Notes under the pieces: model-generated
The model's database searches: none
What the model was told of the DNA's origin: nothing
The model's input: only the letters and a program-made list of their open reading frames with translations
Position numbers and translations under genes: made by a program
Shown here: piece after piece, positions 24,744 to 30,805 of the stretch
Layout of the letters: the number at the start of each line of letters is the position of its first letter
Numbering within the stretch: the first letter of the stretch is position 1
Virus record (IMG/VR): IMGVR_UViG_3300017909_002289
Location: 1-30,805 of that record
Strand: one strand, 5' to 3'
Source: a virus
Lineage: Duplodnaviria; Caudoviricetes
DNA length: 30,805 nt

Positions 24744-27299
24744 ATGAAAGTATTTGAAGTAAGTGGGAACAAGGGTGGAAAAGGAGGAGGAGGAGGTTCT
24801 CCGATAGAGACAGAAAATAATCTGTTCTCTCAGGACCTAATGCTGCTTTCTACAGGGGTTAGTGAGGGACCTGTTTATCGCATTAATCCTAATGATATTA
24901 GTGATATTGAGATAAATGAATCTGTTGTAACTGACTTTATTGATGAAGATACGGGAAAGATGAAAGCCGACAAGTTTATCTATGTTAGTAGAAATGGAAC
25001 GGTAAATCAGTCAGCATTACCAGTTTTTGGAGAAGAAACTTCGCAAAGCCAGGCTTTTGCATCACCTGTTGTACTTAAAAATGGAAACTTAAACGGAGTA
25101 CCAGCGACAAAAGTGTCTCTACAGCCTACCTCTGCTTTTGCTTGGGAAGCATTACGTTTTAAGTTTTTAGTCTCTCAACTTGCAAAGATGGATGAAGAAG
25201 GAAATGTTTTTGAGTATCAGGTTGGTATTAAAATCACAGTATTTAAGAGTGATGGCGTAACGCCTGCTGCTGATCCTGTGAGAAAAACTATTAGTGGTAA
25301 GACAAACGTTCCTTATAAGTTTGACGTAGAAGTTAACATAGTAGAGTACGATTCTGATGGTTATAGATTTACAATTGAAAAGACTACATCAGATAGCAGC
25401 AGTAGTAGAGTTCAAGATACGATAGCTGTTGTGTCTTGGCAGGAAATTGACCATGACCCAGTAGCTTATCCTAGAACTGCTGTAGTAAGCTATGCTTTAG
25501 AAGCTCATAATACTTACACAGGTAATATCCCAAGATTTACCTCAATGGTAAAAGGGTTAGTAGTTAAAGTACCTTCTAATTATGATCAACCTATTTTACA
25601 AAATGAAGAAATAGATTGGAGAGAGATTGAAGTACCTGCTTCTGGAGACTTTGCGTATTCTTACACAGGGTATAGACAGACTAGTACAGGATCTACACTA
25701 AAATATTCTCAACCTGTTATCTATAGAGGAGTATGGGATGGTTCTTTCGTATACTCTTGGACGCAAAATCCTGTTTGGATACTTTATGACTTACTAACAA
25801 ACGATTCGTATGGGTTAGGAATAAACGAAGAAAATATTGATAAATACAAGTTTTATGAGGCTGCTCAATATTGTGATGCGTGTGACGCAATTACAGGTAA
25901 ATTTATTGGAGTAAATGGAAGAGCTGATGGAGGTTATAGATATAAACCAAGAACTTACTTTACTTCTGCTAGACAAAAACTTGATGGATTAGCTGCTGGC
26001 ACTGAAATAAAAGAAAGACGTTTTACTTGGGATGGTATTATTGCTAATAGAAATCAAGGATTTGAAATTATTGAAAAAATTTGTGCTACTATTAGAGCTA
26101 CCTTAATTTATACTCCTAACGGATTATCTATAAATATGGATAAACCTAATGAAGTACCCTCTGTAATATTTAATGAGACTAATATTTTAAAAGATAGTTT
26201 TACTATATCTGGCACTCCAGAGACAGGTCAACTAACAGGAGTAGAAGTATCTTTTGTTGATCCTAATAATCATTTTAAAAGAGAGTCTATTAAAATAGAC
26301 GATGATAAAGCTCTAAGAGAGCGAAATATGATAGAGAATATAGCCTCTGTTGATTTGTTTGGGGTCACTAGAAGAAGTCAAGCTATGAGGTATGCTCAAT
26401 ATCTTTTAGCTAGTAATAAATTTCAAAGAAGATTTATTACATTCGGTACTGATATAAGCGCTCTAGACTTAATTCCTGGAGATGTAGTAGCAGTTCAACA
26501 AAGACAGAGTGGCACTAGTTGGGGGTACGGAGGAAAAATTAGAGCTAACACTACTGTAGGAACAAGTAATGTTTACTTGGAGCATTTTTCTAGCCCCGCA
26601 ATAACAAATAATGCTATTACTGCTAATACGTTACCGATAGCTTTACGAATTACAAAATTAGACAGAGATACTACCGACTTATATTTATTATCTAATGTTA
26701 ACTTTTCTTCTGGAACAACTGCATATGTAAAAAACATTCATAAAGGGACTTATTCTAATGGAGAAAACTATCAAGTTACTGAAGTAGCCAATCAAAATGT
26801 TTCTGCTGGTTTAGATTTTATAGATTTTGTAGCTGAAAAAAGATTTAATGTATCTACTAAAACTTTTGATGCTTTCTCTAGTTTTGACGCTAATACTCAA
26901 CCTGTAAGAGGAGATATCTGGAATTATGGAGAAGTTAATCCTTCAGATTTTTACGGAAGCACTACAGATAAGTTATTTAAGGTTACACAGGTTAAAAGAG
27001 ATAGCACTGAGGTTGTAAAAATAGATGCTGTTGAATACATTTCTAATGTGTATATAGACTCTGAAACAAGCATTGCTTATATGCCAGTGCAGTATAAATC
27101 TACCTTTAGCCCTTTAAAACCTCCAGTAGCTCCTAATATTGATCTAGATTTAATAGTGAGGAAAAATGCAGATGGAAGTGTTAGATATGATTTAGATGTA
27201 TCAGACGCTACGAATATGACAGATTATCCAATTGAAGTAAATACTGAATTTGAAATGGCTAAACCTGATGGCTTTTCAGAAATAGAAGGAATTAACTAA
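24744..27299 (+). CDS. Central tail tip / baseplate hub protein (lambda gpJ N-terminal part)
   Basis: KGGKGGGG.PIETENNLFS, SEGP, YPRTAVV, VKVPSNYD, GVWDGSF...WTQNPVWILYDLLTN..YGLG, AQYCD, GVTRRSQAMR. Confidence 0.93.
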   Translation: MKVFEVSGNKGGKGGGGGSPIETENNLFSQDLMLLSTGVSEGPVYRINPNDISDIEINESVVTDFIDEDTGKMKADKFIYVSRNGTVNQSALPVFGEETSQSQAFASPVVLKNGNLNGVPATKVSLQPTSAFAWEALRFKFLVSQLAKMDEEGNVFEYQVGIKITVFKSDGVTPAADPVRKTISGKTNVPYKFDVEVNIVEYDSDGYRFTIEKTTSDSSSSRVQDTIAVVSWQEIDHDPVAYPRTAVVSYALEAHNTYTGNIPRFTSMVKGLVVKVPSNYDQPILQNEEIDWREIEVPASGDFAYSYTGYRQTSTGSTLKYSQPVIYRGVWDGSFVYSWTQNPVWILYDLLTNDSYGLGINEENIDKYKFYEAAQYCDACDAITGKFIGVNGRADGGYRYKPRTYFTSARQKLDGLAAGTEIKERRFTWDGIIANRNQGFEIIEKICATIRATLIYTPNGLSINMDKPNEVPSVIFNETNILKDSFTISGTPETGQLTGVEVSFVDPNNHFKRESIKIDDDKALRERNMIENIASVDLFGVTRRSQAMRYAQYLLASNKFQRRFITFGTDISALDLIPGDVVAVQQRQSGTSWGYGGKIRANTTVGTSNVYLEHFSSPAITNNAITANTLPIALRITKLDRDTTDLYLLSNVNFSSGTTAYVKNIHKGTYSNGENYQVTEVANQNVSAGLDFIDFVAEKRFNVSTKTFDAFSSFDANTQPVRGDIWNYGEVNPSDFYGSTTDKLFKVTQVKRDSTEVVKIDAVEYISNVYIDSETSIAYMPVQYKSTFSPLKPPVAPNIDLDLIVRKNADGSVRYDLDVSDATNMTDYPIEVNTEFEMAKPDGFSEIEGIN

Positions 27300-30200
27300 T
27301 GGCAGTTTTAAATTTTACACTAGCAAATGTTGAACCTTTTACTAACTCTGAAACTGCTGTTTTATTCGGTAAAAATGGTTTTGCGACAACTATTGGAGAG
27401 ATTAAACTTTTATGTGACTCTTTTAGTATTGTTGGTTCTAGAATTAGATTCAGTGTTGATAAACTAGACAATGCGTTTGATAAAAACTTCAATAAACATG
27501 TACTAGCAGTAAACGATGTTTCTTTATTTCCTAACAGAATCAGAGGAGAAGACTTTTTAGCTTTTCCAATTAATGAAAAAGACGCTGATAATTTTACAGA
27601 AAACTTTAGTGCTTTTAGAGCCAAAACTACACAGTACACAGCACAAATATTAGGCTATGATACTACTGTTGGTGCTGGGTTTATTGAAATTGAAAATACC
27701 ACTTCTTTAGGAGGTTCTTTAGCTGATAAACTACCTGCTCCTCCTTTTTATGTTAGTATTAATCAATTAGTAGAAAAAAATCTAACGGCTAATAATTCTG
27801 TTTATATAGCTGGTAATACTAGAAAAGTTGTTAGAGAAAATTCTGTTATAGGTATTAGTTCTGCTGCTTTTAATCAACCTATTGGAGTAGTGCCACAAGA
27901 TAGTTCTTTCATTAAGGTCTTTGTAGATGGACTTGAAGATACTACATTTTCGCACTCATCAGGAGATAAGCATGTTACTATTGACTTAAATAGTTTTCAA
28001 ATTCCTGGTTCAGAGTTTCCTGCTGAAAAAGTACGCACTGAAGTATTACACTATAGTCCTCCTTTAATTGAAAAAGGAGACAATATCTCTGTTTTAAGTG
28101 GTAACGTATATGCTATTGCAAATGTTACGTATGATCCTGCAGACGGTAGCTACAATGCTGCTTTAACTGCAAACACAGTTTATAGAGTTACTTTAGCTTC
28201 GGCTCCTAGAGCTAATATTACTGGTTTTACAGCTACAAATATATCTGAAAATCCTATAGGTACTATTTCTAATGTAACTGCGACATCAGGATCAAAAGGG
28301 ACACTAAGCTTTGGCTATGATGCTACTACATACCCTGGATCTTTTAATTTATCTAATACAGTTGGGTACTCTTTAAGTTCATCTTCTGATTTTGAAGATT
28401 TATCTTTTGGGTCAACAGGTCAAAGAATAATAAAAGATGTTCCTACTGGGTTAACAGTTGTTAGAGCAAGAAATGTAAATACTGGTAGAAGGAGAAGTCC
28501 TTATAGCACAAAAGCGGTTTTTGTTAGAGACATTCCAATACCAAGAGTACAAAATTTAGAAGTTACTGAGTCTTTATTTATTGATGTTAATAGAGGTGTG
28601 TCTATTCGAGTAACTATTAAGTTTGATAAAATTAACTTCAAAGACGTAACTGATTACGAAATTGCTTATAGATTACAAGGCTCTACTAGAACTACTGCCG
28701 CAGACGATAAAAATATTATTACTAATTTAACTAATTTTAATGTAGTTAAAATACCGAACAATACTTCTTCAACAGAGGATGGCGTTGAAAAAATTAGTTT
28801 TACGATTAATAACTTAGATAGAGGCCCAAGAAATAATCCAAATAAGATTTTAATAAGAGTAACTCCTCTTAACGGAGATATTAGAGGTACTCCGATTAAT
28901 CAATCAGTCACTCTTTTTGGTAAAAGAACTGCTCCTTTGGCTCCAAAAAATTTCCAAGTCGGCCAAATATTAGATAATTTAGTGTTTGTTTGGCAACTAG
29001 TAAGAGATGCTTCTGGTAGTTTAAGAGATTTAGATTTAGAAAAAGTAGAGATAAGAAGAGTCTCTGAAACTGTAGATATTAGCGATCCAGAAGTCTTGCA
29101 ACAAAAGTTTTCTGCAGCAACCCTATTAACAACTGTTCCTGCCCCTGCTAGCACCGCCAGTATTCCTTGTCCAACATTTTTACAATCTACTTATATGGTA
29201 CAAGCGATTGATACTAGTGGTAATAAAAGTGAAGTTGTAGGGGTAGTATTTACCCCATCAAAACCTGCAGATTTACATACTTTTAAAGCCTATAGTGAAG
29301 ATAATCCTGAGTTAGATTTTGCAACTGATTATAGAGGGTCTTCTCTAACAAACGCTAACGAAGCAGAAGAAGCCTTTCACGGAAACTATCCCAGTCAAAA
29401 TAACAGGACTGGAGGTCTTTCCATAGATAGTATCGTGCATGCTGAGACTTCAACTGCTATTGATAATGCAAACGGTTTTGCTAGTGGTTGGGCCTCTGTA
29501 GTTGATCTAACTGATTTGCAAGCCAGTTCTAATGCTACTTATGTCACCCAAGTTAGAGATGTAGGATCTTTAGTAAGAGGTAAGGTGCTTGTAGATATAG
29601 TAGGAGAGCCTTTTAGTAATAGACGTTGGTTTGGTGAATACGCAACAGTTACCTCTAGCTCTACCGAGACATCTAATTTTGCAAACGTACTAGTAGATAG
29701 AAACGTGTCTGGAGTTATTGGTAACCCTACTGCTAATGGTATCGGTAGATATTTACAAATAGAATCTCCTCATGGAGTATTAGATAGTGGAGAATCGACT
29801 GTTATATATGATTCATTAATTAATAAAACTCTTACGTCACAAGGCGGTTCCGATTCTTTAGACTTAACAACTACTCTTACTGCTGCAGGATTTACAGGAT
29901 CAGTTTATGCAGTTTGGAATCCAGGTCAGTTTGCAACTGATATTTCTAACGCTAATTCGTTTGCGCTTATTGCTGGTATTTCTAATGCAAATGCAATTGT
30001 ATTAGGGCAAGCTCATTTTGCAAATGGTAATCCTATTAAAGATTCTGCTGGTAGATTAGCTCACGAAACAGGGGCAGATCACTCAGTTACTAACGCAATG
30101 CCTAATTTAACTACTGTAGCTTCTAGTTACAATCTTGTAAATCTTAATCAGTTTAACGATGATTTAGAATCGACTTTTGCAGGTGTTGACCCTACTATAG

Positions 30201-30667
30201 TTAATCAGAATATTCAAGTTAGATATGCAACCTCTGATCCTTTTTACGCTAATAGTAATGTTAATCCAGGGATATTCGCTACAAATACTCTAACTCCTGA
30301 TGGATTTGTAGATCCCGCAGGATTTGATAAGGACTTTAGATATTTTCAAGTAAGATTAAACATAGAAAATTTCCAAGAGGGTATTGCTGATTATAATCTT
30401 AACACCTTTAGATATACAGTAGATTTAAAAGATAAAATATTTGTAAGAACAATTACTGTGGGAACTGAGAATTTTAATATTGATTACTCAAGCGCTAGTT
30501 TTCAAGCTGCGCCTTTTGTAAATGGTCAAGTAGTCAATGCTGCCGCTGGTTCTTATACAATTGTTATGAGAAGTATAACAACCACTAGCTGTACAGTAAG
30601 TCTTTATGACGATACAGGGGCAGTGGTTACTGGTAAACAAATACAGTTTGAAGCCAGAGGAATTTAA
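27299..30667 (+). CDS. Tail tip fibre protein with FN3-like domains (gpJ C-terminal part / T5 pb4-like position)
   Basis: TAATG-coupled to the hub gene. FN3-type segments PRVQNLEV...YEIAYR...IRVTPLNG and PLAPKNF...VFVW...VEIRR...YMVQAIDTSGNKS. C-terminal FRYFQVRL and EARGI. Confidence 0.8.
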   Translation: MAVLNFTLANVEPFTNSETAVLFGKNGFATTIGEIKLLCDSFSIVGSRIRFSVDKLDNAFDKNFNKHVLAVNDVSLFPNRIRGEDFLAFPINEKDADNFTENFSAFRAKTTQYTAQILGYDTTVGAGFIEIENTTSLGGSLADKLPAPPFYVSINQLVEKNLTANNSVYIAGNTRKVVRENSVIGISSAAFNQPIGVVPQDSSFIKVFVDGLEDTTFSHSSGDKHVTIDLNSFQIPGSEFPAEKVRTEVLHYSPPLIEKGDNISVLSGNVYAIANVTYDPADGSYNAALTANTVYRVTLASAPRANITGFTATNISENPIGTISNVTATSGSKGTLSFGYDATTYPGSFNLSNTVGYSLSSSSDFEDLSFGSTGQRIIKDVPTGLTVVRARNVNTGRRRSPYSTKAVFVRDIPIPRVQNLEVTESLFIDVNRGVSIRVTIKFDKINFKDVTDYEIAYRLQGSTRTTAADDKNIITNLTNFNVVKIPNNTSSTEDGVEKISFTINNLDRGPRNNPNKILIRVTPLNGDIRGTPINQSVTLFGKRTAPLAPKNFQVGQILDNLVFVWQLVRDASGSLRDLDLEKVEIRRVSETVDISDPEVLQQKFSAATLLTTVPAPASTASIPCPTFLQSTYMVQAIDTSGNKSEVVGVVFTPSKPADLHTFKAYSEDNPELDFATDYRGSSLTNANEAEEAFHGNYPSQNNRTGGLSIDSIVHAETSTAIDNANGFASGWASVVDLTDLQASSNATYVTQVRDVGSLVRGKVLVDIVGEPFSNRRWFGEYATVTSSSTETSNFANVLVDRNVSGVIGNPTANGIGRYLQIESPHGVLDSGESTVIYDSLINKTLTSQGGSDSLDLTTTLTAAGFTGSVYAVWNPGQFATDISNANSFALIAGISNANAIVLGQAHFANGNPIKDSAGRLAHETGADHSVTNAMPNLTTVASSYNLVNLNQFNDDLESTFAGVDPTIVNQNIQVRYATSDPFYANSNVNPGIFATNTLTPDGFVDPAGFDKDFRYFQVRLNIENFQEGIADYNLNTFRYTVDLKDKIFVRTITVGTENFNIDYSSASFQAAPFVNGQVVNAAAGSYTIVMRSITTTSCTVSLYDDTGAVVTGKQIQFEARGI

Positions 30668-30682
30668 TTAAGGAGAAAATAA

Positions 30683-30805
30683 ATGAGTAACGAACAATTT
30701 TTATTGCCTGCCTTTTCTCGAACAGTTGCTCTATCAAGAAATGATTTTAATACTAGTTTTAGAGCAGTAAGTAGACACTTTTACGGAGAAGAGCAACCTT
30801 TAGGA
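30683..30805 (+). CDS. Next tail-region gene, truncated by window end
   Basis: AAGGAG (30670-30675) precedes ATG 30683. The frame MSNEQFLLPAFSRTVALSRNDFNTSFRAVSRHFYGEEQPLG is open to the end. Confidence 0.75.
   Translation, partial: MSNEQFLLPAFSRTVALSRNDFNTSFRAVSRHFYGEEQPLG

Larger units (their letters stand above)
1..30805 (+). mobile_element. Tailed phage (siphovirus, T5-related head/tail with lambda-type tail tip), morphogenesis region
   Basis: Co-oriented, tightly packed terminase-HNH-portal-protease/capsid-adaptor-neck-terminator-tail tube-chaperones-tape measure-tail tip genes. No host housekeeping genes or integrase in the window. Confidence 0.96.

Noticed and set aside
618-29154. 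Short minus-strand and alternate-frame ORFs in the track (e.g. 618-854, 1719-2024, 7836-8027, 8906-9226, 14758-14961, 17972-18367, 27292-27639, 28900-29154)
   Set aside because: All lie within well-supported + strand genes, lack recognisable motifs, and look like shadow ORFs of biased codon usage.

Overview
An AT-rich, gene-dense, single-strand (+) segment of a large tailed phage covering the packaging, head and tail morphogenesis region. The terminase, HNH nicking nuclease, portal, capsid, neck, tail tube and tape measure N-terminus look T5-like (Demerecviridae-related), judged from remembered T5 sequences and gene order. The tail tip is lambda-like (M-L-K-I-J). Upstream lie a fibre-like repeat protein and a promoter-driven cluster of three different 2OG-Fe(II) oxygenases plus unknown genes. 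Most notable observations: (1) a nested structured RNA between the tail tube and tail chaperone genes, with a 10-nt loop-loop complement, a terminator and mini-ORFs, whose GAGGGG hairpin loop recurs elsewhere; (2) a protease-capsid fusion with a nested in-frame capsid start; (3) extra domains in many core virion proteins, including LamG in the head-tail adaptor and a PD-(D/E)XK-like motif in the neck/tail-completion protein; (4) a gpK split into two genes in reversed order, with a consensus promoter between them; (5) a 20-A run at the chaperone -1 frameshift site. No tRNA, rRNA or CRISPR array was recognised. All family calls come from motif recognition by eye, not database searches.
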